From the NCBI GenBank assembly GCA_965228735.1, contig OZ245838.1:192001-256000 (forward strand): a stretch of 64,000 nt of DNA, given 5' to 3'. Shown one piece after another: positions 40,396 to 49,862 of the stretch. The position numbers were made by a program, and so were the translations under genes. The notes under the pieces are model-generated. The model was not told where the DNA came from, searched no databases, and saw nothing but the letters and a program-made list of their open reading frames with translations. The DNA is from Planctomycetota bacterium. GTDB taxonomy: Bacteria; Planctomycetota; UBA1135; UBA2386. Numbering within the stretch: position 1 is the first letter of the stretch; each line of letters opens with the position of its first letter.

Positions 40396-41820
40396 TCAGT
40401 TCTGCTGGATGCGAACGCGGTCGCCGTCGCGCAGCGACAGCGGCGGTTCGGCGATGATGCGTTGGCCGGAGCGCAGGCCGGCGTCGATCGTGACGCGACC
40501 GTTCTTGCGTTCGCCCACGGTGACCGCGGTAGCGCGCACCGTGTCCCGTTCGAGCACGAACGCGGTCGTCCGACCGTCGATTTCGACGACGGCGGCTTCG
40601 GGTATCACGATGCGCTTCTCCGGTGAGCTCTCGCCGTTCACGGATGCTTCGACCGGGCCCGCGCTCGCGGGTCGGAACACGACGCGCACGCCGTACTCGG
40701 GTCGCAGCTGCCGCCGTTGTTCCTCGTCGACGACGATGCGCACCTCGACCGTGGCCTTGCTGCGATCGGCGGTCGGCCAGATTCGATCGACGACGCCGGC
40801 GAGCTTCTCCTCCGGTCGCGCGTCGACGAACACGTCCGCCGCCGCGCCGAGCTCGACCGAGGACAGCGACGTCTCCGGCACCTCGGCCTGGATCTCGAGT
40901 GACGCGAAGTCGACCATCGTGCAAACCGCGCCGCGGGCGTTGGAGCCGCCCTGGGAGTTGGGCGAGACCACCTCGCCGACCTCGGCGTCCTTGAGCACGA
41001 CGACCCCGTCGAACGGCGCGCGCACGTCGGTCTTGTCGAGCGTGGCCTGGGCCTGCTTGCGCGTGGCGGCGGCGGCGTCGCGCCGGCGCTCCGCGAGGGT
41101 GACGTCGTTCCGGCCGACGTCGAGCTGGCGTTCCGCGACGGTCACCGCGAGCTTCGCGTCCTCGACCTCTTCGGTGGCCGTTCGCTGCCTCGCGGCGCTC
41201 GCGTCGCGATCGGCGGCGGTGCGCTGCACTTCGCGCTCGGATCCGGACTCCGTGGCGAGCAGTTCGACGGCCCGTTCGTGCTCCTGTTCTGCGAAGCGGG
41301 CCTCCGCCGCCGCGGTAGCGAGCCTGGCCCGCGCGGTGGCCAGCGCACTGCGGCTCTGCGAGAGCCGCGCCTCCCGTTCCGCGACGCCGGTCCGGGCGCG
41401 TTCGATGTCGGCCTCCGCGACGGCGAGGTCTGCAGCCGCCCGTTCGAGCGCGGCCGCGAACTCGTCGGCGAACAGCCGCGCGACGATGTCGCCCTGCGCT
41501 ACGACCGAACCTTCGCGCACGTTCATCTCGACGATGCGCCCCGGCACGTCGGAGGACAGCGCGGCCCGCCGCGCAGCCACGACGTAACCGTTGGCCGCGG
41601 TGCCGCGCACGGCCGCGACGGATGCCGGCGTGGCCTCCGTCACGAGCAGCGTGCGGACCTCGGGCAGGTTGATGCGGTCGACGAACGCGCTCACGGGGCC
41701 CCAGAACACCCAGCCGAGACCGACCAGGACGATGAGAGCGACGGCGCGCACGGGCCAGGGGTTGCGGCGGCGCCGCGCTTTCCGCGGCTGGCGGTCGATC
41801 TTGAGCTTCTCGAGGTCCAA
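40396..41820 (-). CDS. Efflux periplasmic adaptor subunit (MacA/HlyD-like)
   Basis: N-terminal TM helix, ANGYVVA, long coiled coil, RAPFDGVV..K.AEVGE, PTADRSKATVEV; TTG start inferred. Confidence 0.88.
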   Translation of the reverse strand: MDLEKLKIDRQPRKARRRRNPWPVRAVALIVLVGLGWVFWGPVSAFVDRINLPEVRTLLVTEATPASVAAVRGTAANGYVVAARRAALSSDVPGRIVEMNVREGSVVAQGDIVARLFADEFAAALERAAADLAVAEADIERARTGVAEREARLSQSRSALATARARLATAAAEARFAEQEHERAVELLATESGSEREVQRTAADRDASAARQRTATEEVEDAKLAVTVAERQLDVGRNDVTLAERRRDAAAATRKQAQATLDKTDVRAPFDGVVVLKDAEVGEVVSPNSQGGSNARGAVCTMVDFASLEIQAEVPETSLSSVELGAAADVFVDARPEEKLAGVVDRIWPTADRSKATVEVRIVVDEEQRRQLRPEYGVRVVFRPASAGPVEASVNGESSPEKRIVIPEAAVVEIDGRTTAFVLERDTVRATAVTVGERKNGRVTIDAGLRSGQRIIAEPPLSLRDGDRVRIQQN

Positions 41821-41914
41821 GGCGGGGCGGCGGTCGGGGACGAGGGAGTGGCGGGGTGAAGAGGATAGCGCTCGGCCTCTCGAAAAGGAGCGGTCGCTGC
41901 GTATCGTTCCCGCC

Positions 41915-42373
41915 ATGCCCGACCGTGTGGTGAGCCGGCTGCTGGTGCCCGTCGAGTTCGTCGACAATCGCGACGCGCGCCTCGACTACGCCATCGGGCT
42001 CGCGGCGCAGCTGCGAGCGGAGCTGCTGTTCCTCGCGGTCGTCGACACGTCCGCGACGATCACGCTCATCGGGCGGCATCGCGCGGCGCCCGGGAGCGAC
42101 AGCGACTTCGAGAAGGCGCTGCACGACGAGGTGCAGGGCATCCTGCAGCAGCTCGTCGACCGAGCGGCCGAGGCCGGCGTGAACGCGCGCGGCCACCTCA
42201 AGTTCAGCGAGGAGGTCGAGGAGCAGATCCTCAAGGAGGCACTCGTGGAGAAGGTCGACCTCATCCTCGTGCATTCGCAGGGCAGCTCGATCTTCATGAA
42301 GACGCTGCTCGGTTCGACCGCCGGCGAGATCCTCAAGGCGGCGCCCTGCCCGGTGCTCGTGGCCGGCGCGTGA
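41915..42373 (+). CDS. Universal stress protein
   Basis: RLLVPVEF, VDLILV, LLGSTAGEILKAAPCPVLV. Confidence 0.9.
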   Translation: MPDRVVSRLLVPVEFVDNRDARLDYAIGLAAQLRAELLFLAVVDTSATITLIGRHRAAPGSDSDFEKALHDEVQGILQQLVDRAAEAGVNARGHLKFSEEVEEQILKEALVEKVDLILVHSQGSSIFMKTLLGSTAGEILKAAPCPVLVAGA

Positions 42374-44832
42374 CGGCGCGCAAGAAGGGGGGCAAGCGCA
42401 GCCGGCGCCAGCCCGCGGGCTCTGCTGTGAACTCTGCTGTGAGCTCCCCCGGGGCCCGGGAGCTGGCGGCGGCCGATCTGCGTTGGACCTGCAAGCCGCT
42501 GAAGCCGTCGCGGCGCGCGCCGTCCGTCGCGTTCCTGCTCGAGCAGGAACGACCGATGGCCGCCTTGCGCACGGGCCTGTCGATCCCGGCGTCGGGCTAT
42601 CATCTGTTCGTCTCCGGCCTCATCGGCTCGGGGCGTACGGCCGTCGTCGATCTGCTGCTGCGCGGTATGCGCCCGGGCAGCAAGCGGGTGCCGGACCGCG
42701 TCTACCTGCACAACTTCCGCGAGCCCAACCGGCCGCTGCTCGTGTCGCTGCCGGCCGGTCGCGCCGCGGCGTTCCGCGACGAGCTCGAGGACCTCGGGCA
42801 CGGTCTGCAGAACGCGCTGCTCTCGGCGTTGCGGTCGCGGCCGCATCGGATGTCGCGGCGCGTCGTCCTGCGCGCGACCGGCTCGCGCGACCGCCGCATC
42901 ATGGACGCGCTGCAGCGGCAGGCCCAGAAGCAGGGGTGCGCGCTCGTCCGCTTCCAGAGCCAGAGCGGCGCATCGACCGCCGACATCTACCCCGTCGTCG
43001 AGGGCGAACCCGTCACGCTCGACGCGTTGTCCGCGCTCGTGATCGAGGGCAAGCTGCCCGAGGACGAACGTGAACGCCTGCTGAAGAGCCGCGAGCAGCT
43101 GCTCGACCGGCTCGAAGAAGTGAACGATCGCGTTCGCGAGGAGCATGCGCGCGTGGCGCGCGAGATGCGCGAGATGGACCGCAAGCTCGCGTGGAACGTC
43201 TGGAGCGCCAACACCGCGGACTTCATGGAGCGCTGGCCGCAACGCGAGGTCGCGGACTGGCTCGACGCCGCGGGCGAGTTCGTGGAGCGCCATCTCAGCC
43301 GGTTCCTCGGCAGCAGCGACGAGGACGGCGAGGAGGAGAGCGCGCTGCCCGATGCCGGCGCGCCGCCCGAGGGCTCGGTGTTCGACTTCGCCGCCGCCGT
43401 GGTCAAGACGTCGCTCAACGACGGCAGCCCGGTCGTGATCGAGACGAACCCGACCTGGGTCAACCTGTTCGGCACGATCACGGCACCGCCGGACGGCAGC
43501 CCGCCGGGCCCGCGGCACATCCACCCCGGCGCGGTCCTGCGGGCCGACGGCGGCTACCTCGTCCTGCGCTGCCTCGACGTGCTCAGCGAGGCGGGGGTGT
43601 GGCAGCATCTGAAGCGGGTCCTGCAGACCGGTCGACTCGAGATCCGCGATGCGGAGCAGAGCGGTAGCGGCCAGCCGTCCGGGCTGCAGCCCGAGGCGAT
43701 CCCGATCGATCTCAAGGTCGTGCTCATCGGCGAGCCCGGCGTCTACGAGACCCTCGCGGCCGAGGATCCGCAGTTCCCGCAGACGTTCAAGATCCACGCC
43801 GAGTTCGACGCGACGATCCCCGTCAGCAAGAAGAACCTCACGCGCTACGCCGACTACGTGCGGTGGCTCATCGGCCACGAGCAGCTGCGCGACTTCACGG
43901 GGGACGCGATGGCGGCGATCGCCGAGTACGGCGCCCGCGCCGCGGGCCGCCGCGACCGGCTCATCACGCGCTACAGCGAGCTCGGCGACCTCGCGCGCGA
44001 GGCGTCCCACCTGGTCGGGGCGGAAGGGGCGGAGGCGGTCGAGCGGATGCACGTCGTACAGGCGATCGAAGAACGGCGTCGGCGGCACGATCTCGCCCAG
44101 GAGCTGACCGAACGCGACTACACGGCCGGCTACATGCGGCTGTCGACGACCGGCGACGCGATCGGGCAGGCCAACGCGCTGACCGTGCTCGATACGGGCA
44201 CGCTCGAGTTCGGGCGGCCGTGCCGCATCACGTGCAACTCGGGCGTCGCGGTGCCGCAACGCTCGGGGCTGGTGAACATCGAAGGCCTCGCCAATCTGTC
44301 GGGCCCGATCCACGACAAGGGCGTGATGATCCTCGAGGGGTTCCTGCTGCAGGAGTTCGGCCGCGACGGGCCGCTCTGCATGCAGGCGACGATCTGCTTC
44401 GAGCAGCTCTACAACGGCGTCGAGGGTGACTCCGCGTCACTCGCGCAGCTGCTCGCGCTGCTCAGTTCGCTCGCGTCCGTGCCGCTGCACCAGCACCTCG
44501 CGATCACGGGTTCCGTGAACCAGAAGGGCGAGGTCCAGGCCGTCTCGGGCGTCAACGAGAAGATCGAGGGCTTCTTCCGCGTGTGCCGCGCGCGCCGGAC
44601 GGCGCCGAAGAGCCGTCGCCGGCAGGGCGTCGTCATTCCCGCGGCGAACGCAGGCGACCTGATGCTCGATCACGATGTCGTCGCCGCGGTCGAGGCGGGC
44701 GAGTTCCACATCTACACCGCTGCCGACCTGCGGGACGCGCTCGCGCTGTTCACGAGTCAGGACAGCGCCGAGGTGCTCGAGCGCGTGCGCGCGACGCTCG
44801 CCGAGTTCCGCACGATCGCGGTAACGAAGTAG
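42370..44832 (+). CDS. Lon-family (LonB/LonC-like) protease
   Basis: VYLHNFREP, ETNPTWVNLFG, PGAVLRADGGYL, EQLYNGVEGDSAS (catalytic Ser), GVNEKIEGFF (catalytic Lys). Confidence 0.9.
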   Translation: MTARKKGGKRSRRQPAGSAVNSAVSSPGARELAAADLRWTCKPLKPSRRAPSVAFLLEQERPMAALRTGLSIPASGYHLFVSGLIGSGRTAVVDLLLRGMRPGSKRVPDRVYLHNFREPNRPLLVSLPAGRAAAFRDELEDLGHGLQNALLSALRSRPHRMSRRVVLRATGSRDRRIMDALQRQAQKQGCALVRFQSQSGASTADIYPVVEGEPVTLDALSALVIEGKLPEDERERLLKSREQLLDRLEEVNDRVREEHARVAREMREMDRKLAWNVWSANTADFMERWPQREVADWLDAAGEFVERHLSRFLGSSDEDGEEESALPDAGAPPEGSVFDFAAAVVKTSLNDGSPVVIETNPTWVNLFGTITAPPDGSPPGPRHIHPGAVLRADGGYLVLRCLDVLSEAGVWQHLKRVLQTGRLEIRDAEQSGSGQPSGLQPEAIPIDLKVVLIGEPGVYETLAAEDPQFPQTFKIHAEFDATIPVSKKNLTRYADYVRWLIGHEQLRDFTGDAMAAIAEYGARAAGRRDRLITRYSELGDLAREASHLVGAEGAEAVERMHVVQAIEERRRRHDLAQELTERDYTAGYMRLSTTGDAIGQANALTVLDTGTLEFGRPCRITCNSGVAVPQRSGLVNIEGLANLSGPIHDKGVMILEGFLLQEFGRDGPLCMQATICFEQLYNGVEGDSASLAQLLALLSSLASVPLHQHLAITGSVNQKGEVQAVSGVNEKIEGFFRVCRARRTAPKSRRRQGVVIPAANAGDLMLDHDVVAAVEAGEFHIYTAADLRDALALFTSQDSAEVLERVRATLAEFRTIAVTK

Positions 44833-44834
44833 CG

Positions 44835-46955
44835 TCAGCCTTTGCGGGCGCGGCGGCCCGAATCGCGCGGGGCGCCGCGGCGCGCACCGGCGGTGCCGGC
44901 GGCCGGATTCGACTCCGGCCGTTGCAGCACGACGGTGGGCTCCTCGCGCGCGAACTGTGTGCCGAGTGCCGTGAGCCGCTGGTCGAGTTCCGTCGCGTGT
45001 TTGCTGAGTGTGCCGAGCGGAGTCGCGAGCTCGATCAGCGCGCTGCGCTCGTCCTGCAGGCGCTTGGTCGCGGCGTCGATGCGCGGCCGATACTCCTCGA
45101 GGCCGCTGTGCAATCGTTCGATGACCGCGCCCTCGAACTTGCGGCCGAAGTAGCCGACGAGCACGGCGACCGTGCGCGGAGTCAGGTCGGTGCGGAACTG
45201 CGCGACGCACTTGTGCAGGTGCAGGCGGCCGGGCTCGCCGAGGCGCGAGGCTTTTTCCTTTCCCGGGATCTTGCGGTCGGCGTTCTTGCCGCTTTCCGGG
45301 CCGCCCGCGGTGCCGAACAGGTCCTGGCGGATGCGGTTCACGGACTTGAACCGCACGACGTCGAACATGCCCTTCTTCACCGGGAAGTGGTCGATGTCGA
45401 CGGGGACGGCCGTATCGCCCTTCCAGGCGACCGCGCCGAGGCTCTGCAGCGCCTCGATCCGCGTCTGCCGGATCTGCACGCCGGCGCGGTCGAGCAGCCC
45501 CTCGATGCCGTCGGGCAGGTTCAGGCCGTAGCCGGATTGCTGCTGCTGGCGTTCGAACGCGCGCAACCCGGCCTGCCGCACGTCCTCGCGGAAGTCGCGC
45601 ACGAGCGGAGTCCATTGGCCGTCCGTGAGCCACGACAGGCTGTGGCTCGAGAGGAACCACGTGTCGATCGACGCGCCGAGTGTGCGCAGCAGCTTGGCGC
45701 CCTGGTCGCGCGCCGCGCGTTCGACCTCGCTCTCGATCTCCTCCAGCGAGTGCCGGAACGCCTCGCTCCAGTCGAGCTCGAGCGCGAGCCGGATGCGACG
45801 TTGTTCGTGTTCGTAGAACTCGAGCTCTTCGTCGATCTGCGCGATGCGCTGCTGCAGCTGCGCGAGCTCGTCGCCGTCGACGGTCCGGCCGAGTTCCTCG
45901 AGCAGGGTCCGACCGCGCTGCAGCGAGTCGTTGAGGAACGCCGCCACGTACTCGGGGCTCGCGAGGTAGTCGCTGAGGTCCTTGCGGAACTCGCGGTAGC
46001 TGTCGGGCTGGTCGTTGGTGCTGCGCTTCTGCAGCACGCTGCTCGCGGCGTGGAGCAGGTCGACCGGGTAGATCTTCACGCGGCCCTCCGATGCAGCCTG
46101 CTTGAGCGGCGCGGACATCGCCAGCTGTTCGAACGCCTGCAGGATGGCCTGCGGTTCGCTCTGCTCGAGCGCGGGGACGAGCCGGCCGTCCGGGCCGACG
46201 TCGCGCTTCTGTGAGTCGACGTTGACGACGAGGAAGATGCGGCTGAACAGCGCGAGCAACTGCTCGAACTCGGTGAACACCTGCTCGAGGAACAGCGTGT
46301 CGCTCTTGACGACGAAGATCGCGCACGCGGCGGCGTTGCGGAAGTCACGCGTCATGCGGTCGTAGCCGAAGCGCATGCGCGTGTAGAGCCCGGGGGTGTC
46401 GACGAGCACCGTGCTGTCGCTCGCGAGGTGCGTGCCGGGCACGTGCACGTCGACGCGGCGGATTGCGCCCGGGAAGTGATCCTCCGGGTCGAACGCCTGC
46501 CCGCGTTGCTCGGCGCGGCGGATCGCCTGCGCCAGGTCCTTGTGCGCTTCCTCGATGTGCTCGTGGATCGCCTGCGGCGCGGTGAATCGTTCCGTCGTGC
46601 CGTCGTATTGCGTGCACACGTACTCCCGCTTCTCGCCGTGCCGCACGAACACGAGGCACGGATACGCGGGCAGGCTCGACACCTCGCTCACGTACGCGCC
46701 GGCGATCGCATTCATCAGGGTCGACTTGCCGCTCTTCAACGGGCCGAAGATCAGGACGAACGCCTGCTGCTCCTTGACCTTGTCACACAGCGCCGTGAGC
46801 TCGGTCCTGATCGCGCCGATGCCCGTCAGGAGTTGCCGCGCCGGCTCGTCTGCCGCCGATCCGTCGAGGGCCGTCGTGGCATCCTGCAGCGCTTGGAGCA
46901 CGGGCCGCAGGGTGCCGTCGAACTGCTGGCAGTAGCTGGCGAGCTGAGTGGGCAT
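44835..46955 (-). CDS. Bacterial dynamin-like GTPase
   Basis: G1 GPLKSGKST, G3 VDTPG, long helical C-terminal region. Confidence 0.75.
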   Translation of the reverse strand: MPTQLASYCQQFDGTLRPVLQALQDATTALDGSAADEPARQLLTGIGAIRTELTALCDKVKEQQAFVLIFGPLKSGKSTLMNAIAGAYVSEVSSLPAYPCLVFVRHGEKREYVCTQYDGTTERFTAPQAIHEHIEEAHKDLAQAIRRAEQRGQAFDPEDHFPGAIRRVDVHVPGTHLASDSTVLVDTPGLYTRMRFGYDRMTRDFRNAAACAIFVVKSDTLFLEQVFTEFEQLLALFSRIFLVVNVDSQKRDVGPDGRLVPALEQSEPQAILQAFEQLAMSAPLKQAASEGRVKIYPVDLLHAASSVLQKRSTNDQPDSYREFRKDLSDYLASPEYVAAFLNDSLQRGRTLLEELGRTVDGDELAQLQQRIAQIDEELEFYEHEQRRIRLALELDWSEAFRHSLEEIESEVERAARDQGAKLLRTLGASIDTWFLSSHSLSWLTDGQWTPLVRDFREDVRQAGLRAFERQQQQSGYGLNLPDGIEGLLDRAGVQIRQTRIEALQSLGAVAWKGDTAVPVDIDHFPVKKGMFDVVRFKSVNRIRQDLFGTAGGPESGKNADRKIPGKEKASRLGEPGRLHLHKCVAQFRTDLTPRTVAVLVGYFGRKFEGAVIERLHSGLEEYRPRIDAATKRLQDERSALIELATPLGTLSKHATELDQRLTALGTQFAREEPTVVLQRPESNPAAGTAGARRGAPRDSGRRARKG

Positions 46956-47185
46956 ATCGGGGGGTACCGGGGTCGGGGCGAGCGGTGGCGGCGCGGTCAG
47001 CGAAGGCGCGCGTTGCGGCGCGGTATTGGACCAGCCGGCGGCGTTCGAAGGCAGCGATCGTTCGGTGTTTTTCGCGTCCGGTCGACGTGGAAAAGTGCGA
47101 AGTTCTCCACGTTGCGCGTGGGCACCGATCGCGCGCCCCGCGATGGCGGAACGGCAGAATTGCCCGATTGCAGCCGTCGTTCGCG

Positions 47186-47995
47186 TTACTTGATCGGCTT
47201 CATCGGCATTTCGTCCGCCCGTGACGTATGCCAGGTGAGCCGCAACGTGCGCGGGTCGATCTCGGCGGCCAACACGCGCACCGAGTCCCGCCGCTGCCGT
47301 TCCTGCAGCGTTCGGGAACTCGCGAGGAGCATCTCGCACTGGCGCCGCGCGAACGCGCGCGTGAGCGTTTCCTCGTTGCGCCGGGCGAGACTGCGGGCCT
47401 CTTCCACGCGCCGATCGAGCGCGTTCTGGGCCCGGGTCGTCGGGCGTCGGCGAGTCAGCGTGTCGCACTGTGAATGGGTGAGCACGAGCACGAGCGCGAG
47501 ACGCTCGCGTTCGACCTGATGCTCGAGCAGCGCGACCGACTCGCGCGTCACGAACGGGCCGGGATTGCTGATCACGAGCACGTCACGGCGCCGCAGTCCG
47601 AGGGCGCTCGCGACATCGAGATCGGCGTCCGAGCAGGCGAACACCGCGCAGAGATAGCGGCCGGCAGCAGCCGGGCGGCGCCGCGGCTTCGGCGTTTCGG
47701 TCCGTTCCGCGCGGGCGCGGACGACGGCGGCGCTGCTGCGCTTCAGGTGATCGAGCACGAGGGCCGGCGGCAGATGCGGCTGCGGCGCGTGGGTCGCCCG
47801 GGGCCGGGACCCGCGCTTCTGGTCCGCGGTCCTGGCCGGGGTCGAGTCGCTGCGGCCGAGCGGGCGGGAGGCGCCTTCTCGGCTCTTGCCGGCCGGCGGA
47901 CTCGTCGGCGGGGTCTGAGCCGGCAGCCCGGCGCCCAGCACCGCGATTGCGGCCATGACAGCGCGGGTGCACCGCGGTCTCGATTCGCTCCCCAT
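47186..47995 (-). CDS. Exported beta-carbonic-anhydrase-like protein (divergent)
   Basis: Signal-like N-terminus (..GLPA/Q); AVFACSD, VISNPG, VLTHSQC match the beta-CA Cys/Asp/His/Cys pattern. Confidence 0.55.
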   Translation of the reverse strand: MGSESRPRCTRAVMAAIAVLGAGLPAQTPPTSPPAGKSREGASRPLGRSDSTPARTADQKRGSRPRATHAPQPHLPPALVLDHLKRSSAAVVRARAERTETPKPRRRPAAAGRYLCAVFACSDADLDVASALGLRRRDVLVISNPGPFVTRESVALLEHQVERERLALVLVLTHSQCDTLTRRRPTTRAQNALDRRVEEARSLARRNEETLTRAFARRQCEMLLASSRTLQERQRRDSVRVLAAEIDPRTLRLTWHTSRADEMPMKPIK

Positions 47996-48073
47996 GCCGG
48001 TTTTTTCGACGGGCCGCGCACTCGACCTTCAGACTTTTTGTCCGACGCCGGGGTCCGCGGACACCGGTGCGCC

Positions 48074-49819
48074 ATGAGCACGCTCTCCGTCACCGTTGCC
48101 CTGACCTTGGCCGCCGGGCCGCTCGCCGCCCAGTGCGCCCTCGTCGCCGACCTCACGCCGGGGAACGCGAACAACGGCAACATCTCGTACCTGACCCCGG
48201 CCTTCGGGCACGAGCTGTGGTTCACGGGTCACTTCAGCGCGACCGGCGGCGAGCTGTGGCGCTGGCGGGCGAACGTCGGCGCCCAGATCGTCGTCGACCT
48301 CGTACCCGGCAGTGGCAGCAGCAATCCGCAGCTGCTGACGCCGTGCGTGACCGCGCTCGGTCGCCGGATGTTCTACACCGGGTTCCAGAGCGGCCACGGC
48401 CGCGAGCTGTACGCGAGTGACGGCACGCCGGCCGGCACGGGGCGCGTCCTCGAGATCATGCCGGGGTCGGGCGGTGCACAACCGCGCTACCTCTGTGCCA
48501 GCGATGGGCTGGTCTACTTCAACGCGCGTGATCCTGGCTTCGGTGAAGAACTCTGGGTCAGCGACGGCACCGCCGCGGGGACGAGTCGCCTGACCGACGT
48601 CAATCCGGGCCCGGCGAACGGCCGGCCGGAGGACATCACGGCCTGGCGCGGCGTCGTGTTCTTCTCGGCCGAGGAACCCGGAACTGGGCGCGAGCTCTAC
48701 GTGAGTGACGGCACGGTGGCGGGCACCCAGAGGCTGCTCGACATCAACCCGGGCGCGTCGTCGTCGAACCCCGAGGAGTTCGTGGCGGCCGGGGACTGGC
48801 TCTACTTCGTCGCGACGCACCCGACGACGGGCCGCGAGGTGTGGCGCACCGACGGCACTGCGGCAGGCACGGCACTCGTGAACGACACGTTCCTGCACAA
48901 CTCGTTCGGTGCCGACGGCCTGTGCGCCCTCGGCGATCGCATGCTCTTCCACGAGGCCTCCGGGGCGGGGCGTGGTCGGCTCTTCGTCTCCGACGGGACC
49001 GCCGCGGGCACGATCGATCTCTCCGCCGGCTCCGGCCTGAGTGCCGGTGATCTCGTGCGCTCTGGGGATCGCGTGTTCTTCCACGGCCACATGGCGGGCA
49101 TCGGGAGCGAACTCGGGGTCACGGACGGCACCGTTGCCGGAACGCAGATCGTCGCCGACCTCGTGCCGAGCGGCTCGGCCTCGCCGAACTACATCACGGA
49201 CTGTGGGCCGGGGGTGATCTTCCGCGCGAACGTCAACGCGAGCGGCGACCTCTGGTTCTCCGACGGCACGGCGGCAGGCACGTTCCGCGTCTGCAACCTC
49301 GATCCCGCCGGCGCGTTCAATCCCGACCGACTCACGATGCTGCGCGGACGCCTGTTCTTCGAGGGCTATGAGCAGAGCGTCGGGCGCGAGCTGTTCGGCG
49401 TCGCGACGCCGGGCGCGACTGCGACGCTGCTCGGCGCGACGAGCGGGCCGGGTCATCCGCGGCTCTCGACGATGAACGGCGACGTGCCGGTGCTCGGCGC
49501 GACCGTCGACCTCGCGAGTTCGGGGCCGGCCGGCGCGACGGGCTTTCTCGTCGCGGGCGGTCCGCGCCTGCCGGTGCCGGTGCCCGCGAGCCTGATCGAC
49601 GGCGGCGCCGACTGGGTGGGCCTGCAGGCCGGCCTGGCGGTGCACGTCGCGACGAGCTTCACGCCGAACTTCACCGTGCCGTTCTCGATCCCGAACGACC
49701 CGGCATTCGAGGGTGCGATCTTCCAGTTCCAGACCGTGTGGTTCGACCCCGCGACGACGCCGCAGCTGCAGGTGAGCAATGCGATGCAACTCGTGGTCGG
49801 GACGAGCGCACCGCATTAG
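48074..49819 (+). CDS. Secreted ELWxxDGT-repeat protein
   Basis: Signal peptide (PLAA/Q); repeats ELYASDGT, ELWVSDGT, ELYVSDGT, EVWRTDGT, LFVSDGT, ELGVTDGT, LWFSDGT. Confidence 0.9.
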   Translation: MSTLSVTVALTLAAGPLAAQCALVADLTPGNANNGNISYLTPAFGHELWFTGHFSATGGELWRWRANVGAQIVVDLVPGSGSSNPQLLTPCVTALGRRMFYTGFQSGHGRELYASDGTPAGTGRVLEIMPGSGGAQPRYLCASDGLVYFNARDPGFGEELWVSDGTAAGTSRLTDVNPGPANGRPEDITAWRGVVFFSAEEPGTGRELYVSDGTVAGTQRLLDINPGASSSNPEEFVAAGDWLYFVATHPTTGREVWRTDGTAAGTALVNDTFLHNSFGADGLCALGDRMLFHEASGAGRGRLFVSDGTAAGTIDLSAGSGLSAGDLVRSGDRVFFHGHMAGIGSELGVTDGTVAGTQIVADLVPSGSASPNYITDCGPGVIFRANVNASGDLWFSDGTAAGTFRVCNLDPAGAFNPDRLTMLRGRLFFEGYEQSVGRELFGVATPGATATLLGATSGPGHPRLSTMNGDVPVLGATVDLASSGPAGATGFLVAGGPRLPVPVPASLIDGGADWVGLQAGLAVHVATSFTPNFTVPFSIPNDPAFEGAIFQFQTVWFDPATTPQLQVSNAMQLVVGTSAPH

Positions 49820-49862
49820 TTCGCTGCGCTCGAGTCCGCTGACCGCGCGCGGTCGGCGACGA

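Noticed and set aside
48074..49400. Nucleotide repeats (CGACGGCAC...) as a DNA-level element
   Set aside because: Explained by the ELWxxDGT protein repeats.
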